A stretch of DNA of 64,000 nt from positions 10,514 through 74,513 of the forward strand of contig BOWX01000001.1 of NCBI GenBank assembly GCA_019650355.1, read 5' to 3'. Every line of letters starts with the position of its first letter. The stretch's first letter is position 1. The notes beneath the pieces are model-generated. The model had not been told where the DNA came from. It searched no databases and saw only the letters and a list, made by a program, of their open reading frames with translations. Both the position numbers and the translations under genes were made by a program. Origin of the DNA: Fidelibacterota bacterium (GTDB taxonomy: Bacteria; Fidelibacterota; Marinisomatia; Marinisomatales; Marinisomataceae). Positions 45,170 through 53,780 of this stretch are shown in pieces.

Positions 45170-47034
45170 ATACCATTGCTACTTCAGAATTATTCTGGGT
45201 TATCCTAGCTGGTTATGTTTTCTTTGTATTAGGTGCGGGATTATTTTTTGCAAGAAATAATCAATCAACCGAAGACTTCTTTTTTGGTGGAAGAAGATTT
45301 TCATGGTGGTTAATTGGAATGTCAATGTTGGCAACTGGTGTAGGATCACATAGTTTTGCCAAATATGCATCTAAAGGTTTTGAATATGGGTTTTCATCCA
45401 CCATGACCTATATGAATGATTGGTTTTTTATGCCATTATTATTATTTGGTTGGATTCCAATTATTTATTACATGCAGGTCAATTCCATTCCTGAATATTT
45501 TGAACGTAGATTTAATTCTACTGTAAGAAATTTATCTACGATAACCATGCTTTTATACCTGATAGGATATATAGGTATTGGATTATTGGCCTTAGGATCA
45601 TTATTACAGCCAATTTTAGGATGGGAAATTAATACTATTATTATAGTAGTAGCTATTATATCAGGTACCTATGTATCATTAGGTGGCCAAACTGCAATTA
45701 TATTTACTGACTTCTTACAAGGTGTCATTCTGCTATTTGCAGGGTTACTAATTTTTGGTTTGGGTATTGCTTATTTGGGAGGGTTTGATTTCTTCTGGAG
45801 CAATTTGTCAGCTACAAATAAGTTGCCATTGGCAGATTTTAACTCCCCACCTGACTTTAACTTTGTTGGAATTTTCTGGCAAGACGGAGTAGTTGGTTCA
45901 GTTGGATTTGCATTTATGAATCAGGCAGTAATTATGAGATTTTTAGCATCTCGATCTGTTATTCATGCTAGAAGAGCAACTATGATGAACGTATTAGTTT
46001 TCTTGCCAATAGGTACTGTTGCAGTTTCAAATTCTGGTTGGTTGGCTAGAGCTATGGAAAATATGACCCCTGGTGTTATCACTGATTTATTACCAAATGG
46101 AAGTGCAAATGGTGTTTTTACTGTTGTTGCTTCCCTGGTAGCTAATTCAGAAGCAATTTTTGCATTTTTAGTAGCAGCAGTAGTTGCTGCTTTAATGTCC
46201 AGCTTGGATTCACAAATTAATGCATCAGCAGCAGTGGCGGTTAATGATGTATATACGCCATTAAGTAAAAATCCTTCTGAAAAAACACGCTTAAGAGTTT
46301 CCATGTTTACTTCCTTGCTTGTTACCTTTGTTGGGATACAGGCAGCATTCTTATTTGCACAATATGGAACCATTTATGAGGCCCATGGTGCATTTCATAG
46401 CGTAGTGACTCCACCAATGGTTACGGTTATTTTCCTTGGTATTTTCTGGCAGCGCTTTTCATCAAGAGCAGCTGTATTAACGTTTGTCTTAGGTGCAGCA
46501 TTTATTTTCCTTGGAATTCAGTATCCTCAAATTTTTGTTCAACCATTCTCACATGGGATAGAATATGTTGAAGCAAAACCATGGTCATATATTAGAGCAT
46601 TATATAATGTAGTGGCATGTACATCCATTGGAATCATAGTAACCTTACTTACTTCAAAACCAAATCAATCGCACTATGAACAAATTAAAGGATTAACACT
46701 TTGGACTATTAAAGATGGTCCACAATTTTTTAAAGGATCTGAGGTTAATGAAAATGCAGGTAGTAAAATCACGTTTGATGGTGATATGATTAAAGTTGTG
46801 GATGACACAGATAATAAAATATATTTACCAGCAGATTTGATGAAAGATCTTGGTGCAAAAGAAGGAGATTTTGCATATATATCTGATACAAGATGGTACT
46901 TAGGTGGAATTAAATCTACTCACGCCTACATTGGAAAAATGTCATCAAGTAATAAAATTGAAATCTCTAAAAATGTCCAGAATCATGGTCAATTTGATCC
47001 TTCAAAAAAATTATTTATCGAGTTAGAATTATAA
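45166..47034 (+). CDS. sodium:solute symporter family (SSF) transporter with ~110-aa soluble C-terminal extension
   Basis: FFGGRRFSWW.., ..SIPEYFERRF.. and 13-14 TM segments typical of SSF. The last ~110 aa (KGSEVNENAGSKITFDGD...FIELEL) are hydrophilic. Confidence 0.8.
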   Translation: MNTIATSELFWVILAGYVFFVLGAGLFFARNNQSTEDFFFGGRRFSWWLIGMSMLATGVGSHSFAKYASKGFEYGFSSTMTYMNDWFFMPLLLFGWIPIIYYMQVNSIPEYFERRFNSTVRNLSTITMLLYLIGYIGIGLLALGSLLQPILGWEINTIIIVVAIISGTYVSLGGQTAIIFTDFLQGVILLFAGLLIFGLGIAYLGGFDFFWSNLSATNKLPLADFNSPPDFNFVGIFWQDGVVGSVGFAFMNQAVIMRFLASRSVIHARRATMMNVLVFLPIGTVAVSNSGWLARAMENMTPGVITDLLPNGSANGVFTVVASLVANSEAIFAFLVAAVVAALMSSLDSQINASAAVAVNDVYTPLSKNPSEKTRLRVSMFTSLLVTFVGIQAAFLFAQYGTIYEAHGAFHSVVTPPMVTVIFLGIFWQRFSSRAAVLTFVLGAAFIFLGIQYPQIFVQPFSHGIEYVEAKPWSYIRALYNVVACTSIGIIVTLLTSKPNQSHYEQIKGLTLWTIKDGPQFFKGSEVNENAGSKITFDGDMIKVVDDTDNKIYLPADLMKDLGAKEGDFAYISDTRWYLGGIKSTHAYIGKMSSSNKIEISKNVQNHGQFDPSKKLFIELEL

Positions 47035-47050
47035 ATTCCAAAAAAAAAAA

Positions 47051-47080
47051 TTGACAAATATTTTTTTCTTTGTTTAATAT
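47051..47080 (+). promoter_or_regulatory. sigma-70-type promoter for the TonB-dependent receptor leader
   Basis: TTGACA (47051-47056), an 18-nt spacer, then TAATAT (47075-47080), or TTAATA with a 17-nt spacer. An A11 run lies immediately upstream. Confidence 0.5.
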
Positions 47081-47099
47081 CTATGCGTAGTTAAAATCG

Positions 47100-47300
47100 C
47101 TTTTTAAGATGTTGAAGCAGGTCTTAATGAAAAAATTGACCTGGCCATGCACTTAAAAAGAGTTTTATTACTTTTTAAGAGTTGAAGCAGATGTGGATGA
47201 GAAAACATATCTGGCCATGCGATTAAAAAAGTCTTAGGGGGCGTTTTTAAAAGTTGAAGCTAATTTTATGAAAAGGAGATTAGGCCATGCGATTAAAAAC
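47100..47300 (+). repeat. three tandem ~60-nt hairpin-forming leader units (periods 70 and 72 nt); the last contains the receptor's SD and start codon
   Basis: Units at 47100-47160, 47171-47231 and 47243-47300. Each is YTTTTTAA..GTTGAAG-[variable stem-loop]-GCCATGC..TTAAAAAR. The stems differ in sequence but remain complementary. See the first finding. Confidence 0.75.
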
Positions 47301-50022
47301 AATTATAATATCCGTATGTCTTGTCACATCACATTTATTTTCACAAACAGGTAATTTATTAGGAACAGTTTCAGATTCAAATGGTTCCTTTCCATTACCA
47401 GGTGCCAATGTTTATTTGGAGGGAACTAACTTTGGAGGAATAACTGATTCCGGAGGAAAGGTTTATCTTTCAAATCTACCAGCAGGAAATTATAAGCTAG
47501 TAGTGTCGTACATTGGATATGAAAATCAAGAAAAAGATATTTCTATAGATGCAGAAAGTTTGAATACTTTTGCAGTAGAATTATCAGTTGGAACATTAGT
47601 TGGAAACGATATTGATGTAATTGGTAATTCTTTATCGGGACAGGCTAGAGCGTTAAATAATCAAAAAAATAAATCAAATATTAGTAATGTAATTTCATCC
47701 GATCAGGTTGGAAAGTTTCCAGACTCAAATATTGGAGATGCGTTAAAACGTGTCCCTGGAATTGCTGTATACAACGATATGGGTGAAGCTAGATTTGGAC
47801 ATGTTCGCGGAACTCCATCTAGTTTTAATTCAGCAACCATTAATGGTGAAAGAATGCCTTCCGCAGAGGCTACAACAAGAAGTAACCAGTTAGATTTGAT
47901 TCCTGCTGATATGATCCAAACTGTTGAAGTTATAAAAGCACTTACTCCAGATATGGATGCAGATGCAATAGGAGGGTCTATTAATCTTATTACACGAAAA
48001 GCTGCAGGAACACGAACATCAGTTACTGTTGGAAGAGGTGAAAATACCTTAGATCAAGCTGGTAAAATAGTACAGTTATCTGGAATGCATTCCAATAGAT
48101 CAGAAGATAGCAATTTTGGATATATGTTTAATTTTTCTTTTTATGATAACTGGACAGGTTCAGATAACGTTGAAGCTGAATGGGACGATGAAGGAAATAT
48201 TGTTGAACATGATATTAGAAAATATTTAGTTCATCGTGAAAGAAAGAGTCTTGGATTGAGATTCGATTATAATTTGGGTAATACAGAATTATATACGGAT
48301 CTTAATTATAATGATCGTGATGATTACGAAAATAGATATCGTCAAAGAATAAAGGATTTAGATGAAGGCGAAGGAAGCCAAGAGGTTAGAAGACAAACCA
48401 AGGCAGGATTGCCAGGTAATGAATATGGAAGACTGGAAGATCAAAAGCTTTTTTCCTATAAATTTGGTGGAACAAGTCTTTTAGATAAGCTAAAACTAGA
48501 TTATTCTTTTAAAATTTCAGAGGCTTCAGAGTTAAGACCGAACGAAAGATATCTAGCTTTAAGATTAAAAAAACAAACTGCCGTTTGGAATCAAAGTACT
48601 GAAAAGCCAAACTTTACTTTTTCAAATGCAATCGCTGCAGACTTAAATAATTCATGGGATTTTAGAAACTTAATTGAAGAAAGAAGAGATACGGACGAGA
48701 AGGCGAGAAGTTTTAAAGTTGATGCTGATTATAACTTTAGTGACAATTTAAAAATTGAGGCAGGATTAAAAATTAGCACAAGAAAGAAAGAAAGACGTAA
48801 TGAGTTCTATGAATTTGAACCAGTTGATGAAGATGCTTTTTTAGCTGATGCTTTTTCAAACATCGTTAGTCAAAATAAAAGTGAATGGCTAAATGACGGA
48901 GATGGAACTTCTTATAATTCTGGATCATATGTAAGCAGAGAATTTGTAGGAAATCTAGATTTATCAAACACAGCACTCTTTGAACGAGTTGTAGTTGAAG
49001 AGGAATTAGCTGGAAATTTCAAAGCGTCTGAAGATATAACCTCATTCTATGGTATGGCAACATATGATTATTCTGATCGATTATTGATAGTTGGCGGTTT
49101 AAGATTAGAAAGAACATCCTTATATGATCTTGAAGCAAGAAGTTATGATGAAGATAACGATGTAAATAATGTTATATCAGCATCTGATAATGACTATACT
49201 GATGTATTACCTTCGTTGCACTTGATATATGATTTAGATGGTGCATCAAAGATTAGGGTTGCTTTAACAAAGTCTTTAGCAAGACCTAATTACTTTGATA
49301 CAGTTCCATATCAACAAGTAAAAGTGGAAGATGAAGAGATAAAGGTTGGTAATCCTGAATTAGAGCCTACCATTTCAACAAATTTTGATATTTCTTTCGA
49401 AAGGTATTTTGATGATGTTGGGTTATTCTCAGCAGGAATGTTTACAAAAGATATAGATAACTTTGTTGTTTATACTAGTGGCTATGTAACTCAAGCTGAC
49501 AATCTACCAGACTACAATGGTTTTCAATTAGACAAAGCATTTAATGGTGGAAATGCATCTTTATTAGGAGTTGAAATTGCATTTCAAAGGCAAATATTAC
49601 CGGGACTAGGTTTATATGCTAATGTTACTGCTATTGACTCAAAAATAGATAATTTAGATCCAAAACTTCAAGAGGACAGACCTGATGTAAAAGATAATCC
49701 TATGCCAGGTACGTCTGAGCTTAGTTATAATCTTTCTATGTCATATGAAAGAGGGCCAATGACCGTACGTTTATCTCTTAATCATCAAGGAGAGTTTCTT
49801 GAAGAATTTGGTGATTCCAAATCTGAAGATAGATGGTATGATAAATCAACCTATGTTGATTTGAATGCAAATTATAATGTAAGAGAAAATATTTCTCTTT
49901 ATGCTGACTTTAATAATTTAACTAATCAACCATTGAGATATTATCAAGGAAGTAGTAGATATTTAATGCAAGAAGAATATTATAACACAAAATTTACAAT
50001 TGGTATAAAGGCTGATCTGTAA
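47287..50022 (+). CDS. TonB-dependent outer-membrane receptor with N-terminal carboxypeptidase-regulatory-like domain
   Basis: Signal peptide, then a CarboxypepD_reg-like beta-sandwich (GTVSDSNGSFPLPGANVYLEGTNFGGITDSGGKVYLSNLPAGNYKLVVSYIGY). Plug region (SSDQVGKFPDSNIGDALKRVPGI). Long beta-barrel of 911 aa. No SusD-like gene follows. Confidence 0.85.
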   Translation: MRLKTIIISVCLVTSHLFSQTGNLLGTVSDSNGSFPLPGANVYLEGTNFGGITDSGGKVYLSNLPAGNYKLVVSYIGYENQEKDISIDAESLNTFAVELSVGTLVGNDIDVIGNSLSGQARALNNQKNKSNISNVISSDQVGKFPDSNIGDALKRVPGIAVYNDMGEARFGHVRGTPSSFNSATINGERMPSAEATTRSNQLDLIPADMIQTVEVIKALTPDMDADAIGGSINLITRKAAGTRTSVTVGRGENTLDQAGKIVQLSGMHSNRSEDSNFGYMFNFSFYDNWTGSDNVEAEWDDEGNIVEHDIRKYLVHRERKSLGLRFDYNLGNTELYTDLNYNDRDDYENRYRQRIKDLDEGEGSQEVRRQTKAGLPGNEYGRLEDQKLFSYKFGGTSLLDKLKLDYSFKISEASELRPNERYLALRLKKQTAVWNQSTEKPNFTFSNAIAADLNNSWDFRNLIEERRDTDEKARSFKVDADYNFSDNLKIEAGLKISTRKKERRNEFYEFEPVDEDAFLADAFSNIVSQNKSEWLNDGDGTSYNSGSYVSREFVGNLDLSNTALFERVVVEEELAGNFKASEDITSFYGMATYDYSDRLLIVGGLRLERTSLYDLEARSYDEDNDVNNVISASDNDYTDVLPSLHLIYDLDGASKIRVALTKSLARPNYFDTVPYQQVKVEDEEIKVGNPELEPTISTNFDISFERYFDDVGLFSAGMFTKDIDNFVVYTSGYVTQADNLPDYNGFQLDKAFNGGNASLLGVEIAFQRQILPGLGLYANVTAIDSKIDNLDPKLQEDRPDVKDNPMPGTSELSYNLSMSYERGPMTVRLSLNHQGEFLEEFGDSKSEDRWYDKSTYVDLNANYNVRENISLYADFNNLTNQPLRYYQGSSRYLMQEEYYNTKFTIGIKADL

Positions 50023-50104
50023 ATTTGGTTGTTATTATTCTAATCGAAAATAAAAGTAATAATACTTGTTTTTTCGATAATAATATTAAAAATTTCTACC
50101 ATCT

Positions 50105-50177
50105 TCCGGAGTAGCTCAGTTGGTAGAGCGAGTGACTGTTAATCACCAGGTCGGGGGTTCGAGTCCCTCCTCCGGAG
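50105..50177 (+). tRNA. tRNA-Asn (anticodon GTT)
   Basis: Cloverleaf read by hand. The acceptor TCCGGAG pairs with CTCCGGA. D arm GCTCAGTTGGTAGAGC, anticodon loop CTGTTAA, T arm GGGGGTTCGAGTCCCTC, discriminator G. CCA is not encoded. Confidence 0.9.
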
Positions 50178-50213
50178 CTTGCATGCCAGGCTCAATAAAA
50201 GGAAATAAATAAA

Positions 50214-51188
50214 ATGGATTTTTTAACACTATGGTCTTTATTGGGCTTTCTATTTGCGGTATATGCTGTAACTGCAAATGATAGTATTCAAACTCTAGGT
50301 ACGTATATTTCATCAAATAGAGATATCAAGTGGTATTGGATGTTTGGATACATGGGTTCCATTTTTCTTTTCACTATGATTCAAGGCTTTTCAATAAACG
50401 ATCCAGCATTTGGAAGATTAGATAAATTTGAACCAATTACCATTCAATGGTATCATGCATTAGCTCCGCTTGTTTTAGTGGCATTAACCAGATTAAAAAT
50501 TCCAGTCTCTACCACATTCCTAGTACTTTCCGTTTTTGCTACTTCAATAGTAATGGAGCAAATGCTGATTAAAAGTTTTGTTGGTTACGCTGTTTCATTT
50601 GTTTTTGCATGTGGTTCATGGTATCTCATCAGTAAATATTTCCTTTATGAAGGGGAAAAAGGTGACAATAAATACAATAATTATTGGAGAGTTGCTCAGT
50701 GGTTAACTACTGGATGGTTGTGGTCAACATGGCTAAAGCATGATTTAGCCAATATTATGATTTTCTTACCAAGATATAGTACGGTGCAGTCATTTCAATT
50801 CCAGCTGTTTGTTGTGTCAATAATGTTATTAGGTTTAGCATTCATGTTTTATGAACGAGGTGGGCGAATTCAAGAGATTGTTTTATCTAAAACGAATACT
50901 CGATATGTTAGATCTGCTACCCTAATCGATTTAGTCTATTGTTTTGTTCTATATTATTTCAAAGAGGTAAATAATATTCCTATGAGTACAACTTTTGTAT
51001 TTATGGGAATGTTAGCCGGAAGAGAACTAGGTATTTGGCTGTCAATTGGTTATGGAAAATTGACATATACAGACAGACACAAAAAAGCTATTTTCCCAAT
51101 GCTTTATATGGATTTCTTAAGATTAATGCTAGGCTTAATGATTAGCGTTTCTTTAGCGTATGGAATTCAATGGTATTCCAGTCTATAA
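50214..51188 (+). CDS. polytopic membrane protein, distant PiT/PHO4-like (phosphate/sulfate permease superfamily) candidate
   Basis: The N-terminal TANDSIQTLGT resembles the PiT GANDVAN motif. Two internal copies of the P(V/M)STTF motif (IPVSTTFLVLSV, IPMSTTFVFMGM) resemble the PiT PVSTTH motif but have Phe where His is expected. Confidence 0.4.
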   Translation: MDFLTLWSLLGFLFAVYAVTANDSIQTLGTYISSNRDIKWYWMFGYMGSIFLFTMIQGFSINDPAFGRLDKFEPITIQWYHALAPLVLVALTRLKIPVSTTFLVLSVFATSIVMEQMLIKSFVGYAVSFVFACGSWYLISKYFLYEGEKGDNKYNNYWRVAQWLTTGWLWSTWLKHDLANIMIFLPRYSTVQSFQFQLFVVSIMLLGLAFMFYERGGRIQEIVLSKTNTRYVRSATLIDLVYCFVLYYFKEVNNIPMSTTFVFMGMLAGRELGIWLSIGYGKLTYTDRHKKAIFPMLYMDFLRLMLGLMISVSLAYGIQWYSSL

Positions 51189-51204
51189 TATTTTATTTTA
51201 ACAT

Positions 51205-52038
51205 ATGAATCTTAAAAATAAACTTGTTCTTATCACGGGAGGAGCTAAAGGTATAGGTTTAGCTACTGCACAAAGAATTCTAAATGAAGGTGGGAAAGTA
51301 ATTCTTTGGGATTTCAAGGAAGATGATCTAAACAAAACTGTTAATAATTTTAAAGAGCAAGGATTTGATGTTTTTTCACAAATTTGTGATGTTACTAACA
51401 AAGAGCAGGTATATAGTAATGCAAATATCATTAAAGAAAAGTTTGGTAGTTTAGATATACTAATTAATAATGCTGGTACTGTTTATACAGGGTATATGTT
51501 AGATAGAAGCGATGAAGAGCTTGAAAATCTTATTAATGTAAACTTCACATCAATGATATATACCATTCGTGCATTCATGCCAGCTATGCTTGACAAAAAT
51601 TCTGGCCATATTATAAATATTTCTTCTGCATCATCAATGACTGGTGCTCCCAAGTTAGCAGTATATGCTGCTACTAAATGGGCTGTAGCAGGACTTACTG
51701 AATCTTTAAGACTTGAAGTACAAAAGATGGGTAAGTCAGGTGTTAAATTTTCTTCCATTCATCCAAACTTTTTGAAGAAAGGATTATTTGAAGGAACTAG
51801 GCTTAATTTTCTAGGTCAGTTATTAGCACCAGGGGTGAAGAGTCATGATGCTGTTGCAAAAGTTATTGTAAACCGTGCAATAAAGCTTGGATTTCATTCA
51901 CCAAAAGTTCCCTGGATTATGAACCAAGTAGTTTTGCTTAGAGCTTTGCTACCAAGCTCTCTGTTAATAAAAGTAAGTAGTCTTTATGGTTTATATGATA
52001 TGATGGATGATTATAAGGGTTATAAAGATGGAAGATAA
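51205..52038 (+). CDS. short-chain dehydrogenase/reductase (SDR) family oxidoreductase
   Basis: TGGAKGIGLA (TGxxxGxG), NNAG and YAATKWAV (YxxxK). Confidence 0.85.
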   Translation: MNLKNKLVLITGGAKGIGLATAQRILNEGGKVILWDFKEDDLNKTVNNFKEQGFDVFSQICDVTNKEQVYSNANIIKEKFGSLDILINNAGTVYTGYMLDRSDEELENLINVNFTSMIYTIRAFMPAMLDKNSGHIINISSASSMTGAPKLAVYAATKWAVAGLTESLRLEVQKMGKSGVKFSSIHPNFLKKGLFEGTRLNFLGQLLAPGVKSHDAVAKVIVNRAIKLGFHSPKVPWIMNQVVLLRALLPSSLLIKVSSLYGLYDMMDDYKGYKDGR

Positions 52039-52079
52039 TTTTACTTTACTCTTTTTTTGAAACATAATAGAATTTGAAC

Positions 52080-52829
52080 ATGAAAAACTTATACGTAACC
52101 ACTTTTATTTTAATCTTTATATTGTGTTCTTGCTCAACACAGGATCAAACTGTTAAATCAGACAAGGAACTCATGGTAACCTTTCAAGATTCATTAAGTT
52201 ATTCAATGGGTATAAATATTGGCAAAAATTTGCCAGAGGCTCAAATTAATCAAGATTTGTTAATTGAAGGCTTAAATGATTATTGGTCTAAGGAAGAGCC
52301 TAGGCTTAATGCATCAGAGCGAATGGAAGTTTTGAGAGCGTTTAATATAATGAATTCTGAGATGGATCGTAGTACTATGAAAGCTCTTAGCGAAAAAGCT
52401 GTCAAACTTTCCAGAGAAAATAAAATGAAGGGTCAAGAATTCTTAGAAAAAAACAAAACAGCGGAAGGAATAAGAGTCTTTAACCGAAGTCAAATTCAAT
52501 ATAGAATTGTCGCAGAAGGCGATGGTGCAGTCCCCGATTATGATGATGTTGTTAAAGTACATTATAATGGTTATTTAATTGATGGGTATAAGTTTGATAG
52601 TAGTTATGATAGAGGAGAACCTGCTACATTTAGTGTAAAAGGTGTTATTCCTGGCTGGACAGAAATTCTTCAAAAAATGCCTACTGGATCAAAATGGGAA
52701 GTATTCATTCCTCAAAATTTAGCATATGGAGTATCTGGAGTTGCTAGTGATCCAAAAAAAGGTGAATATGTAATTCCGCCTTCTTCAACACTTATTTTTG
52801 AGATAGAGCTTCTGGAAATTGTTGAATAA
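52080..52829 (+). CDS. FKBP-type peptidyl-prolyl cis-trans isomerase lipoprotein (FkpA-like)
   Basis: Lipobox ILCSC, an N-terminal helical dimerisation-type region and a C-terminal FKBP domain (VKVHYNGYLIDGYKFDSSYDRGEPATFSV..VIPGWTEIL..IPPSSTLIFEIELLE). I prefer the ATG at 52080 to the listed TTG at 52074. Confidence 0.85.
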   Translation: MKNLYVTTFILIFILCSCSTQDQTVKSDKELMVTFQDSLSYSMGINIGKNLPEAQINQDLLIEGLNDYWSKEEPRLNASERMEVLRAFNIMNSEMDRSTMKALSEKAVKLSRENKMKGQEFLEKNKTAEGIRVFNRSQIQYRIVAEGDGAVPDYDDVVKVHYNGYLIDGYKFDSSYDRGEPATFSVKGVIPGWTEILQKMPTGSKWEVFIPQNLAYGVSGVASDPKKGEYVIPPSSTLIFEIELLEIVE

Positions 52830-52832
52830 TCA

Positions 52833-53780
52833 ATGAGTCTAAAAAAACTTATATCTCTTTTTTCCGTCGCCATTATTTTAAGTTGTAGCCCTAAGCAAGA
52901 ATCTATTTTGTTAGAAAATCCTATGTTTGCTACTGAGCCCGTTGAAAATGCTGGATTAGACAGTATTGGATTTCTAATGAGAAAACATGTGATTATTGTT
53001 ACAGTTAAAGAAAAAAATGAAATTCATGTTTATGGTGCTATGAATGGAAAATTTAAAAAATCAATTAAAAGAGAAAATGCATTTCCTAATGGAGTAACGA
53101 CCATTAATGATCAATTTGTTTTAGTAACTGAACGAGATAATAAACAGGTTGCTGTGTTTGATTCATCGATGAATTTTTTAGGAACCTTTGGCAATAATGA
53201 ACTACGTAGCCCTTATGGCATAACTTTTTATAAGCGTGATGATAAATCTTATAAGGTATTGGTAACAGATAGTTATGAATATAATAACCCTAGAAAAGAT
53301 CGAATTCTCAGTTGGGATTTTACCATTGAAGATGGTGGATTTAGTGTTGGACCAGTCAGTATTTTGGGGAGCCCAACATTGTATCAAGTTGAAAGCATTC
53401 AAGCTGATAAACACTTTAGAACATTATTAGTGGCAGAGGAAATGGAAGAGCATCATAAAATTATGGCTTTAGATTTAACTTCTGGTGAAGTTTTAAAAGA
53501 AGATTTAGGAAATTTCAATAGGGGAAATGATCCCGAAGGTATTGCACTTGTTGCAAATCCTGATAATTCTGGATACTGGATTTGTACTGAGCAAAGCAAA
53601 ACCGATAACCGTTTTCATTTATATGATCGTGAAACATTAGAACATATGACTACTATGTATTTAGATAATGTTTCCTACACAGACGGCATTGCTACAGCAT
53701 ATATGCACGGTAAATGGTTTTTATATGCAGTAGATAATGATGCAAGAGTTGTTGCATTTGAATTACCAAAAATCGATTAA
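52833..53780 (+). CDS. beta-propeller phytase-like (3-phytase domain) lipoprotein
   Basis: Lipobox ILSCS. Blocks resembling Bacillus-type BPP: VESIQADKHFRTLLVAEEMEE, NDPEGIALVANPDNSGYWICTEQSKTDNRFHLYDR and YTDGIATA. Assignment is from memory of the family pattern. Confidence 0.5.
   Translation: MSLKKLISLFSVAIILSCSPKQESILLENPMFATEPVENAGLDSIGFLMRKHVIIVTVKEKNEIHVYGAMNGKFKKSIKRENAFPNGVTTINDQFVLVTERDNKQVAVFDSSMNFLGTFGNNELRSPYGITFYKRDDKSYKVLVTDSYEYNNPRKDRILSWDFTIEDGGFSVGPVSILGSPTLYQVESIQADKHFRTLLVAEEMEEHHKIMALDLTSGEVLKEDLGNFNRGNDPEGIALVANPDNSGYWICTEQSKTDNRFHLYDRETLEHMTTMYLDNVSYTDGIATAYMHGKWFLYAVDNDARVVAFELPKID

Noticed and set aside
47100-47300. Could the three tandem repeats be a small CRISPR array?
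   Set aside because: Only three units are present. The conserved parts are split boxes flanking a variable stem, not an invariant 25-40 nt repeat. The last unit contains a gene's SD and start codon. No cas genes are present.
50043-50078. AT-rich imperfect hairpin after the TonB-dependent receptor stop, as a possible intrinsic terminator.
   Set aside because: The stems are short and almost all A-T (8 bp outer, 5 bp inner), with internal mismatches. The T-run lies inside the structure instead of following it. It is too weak to call.
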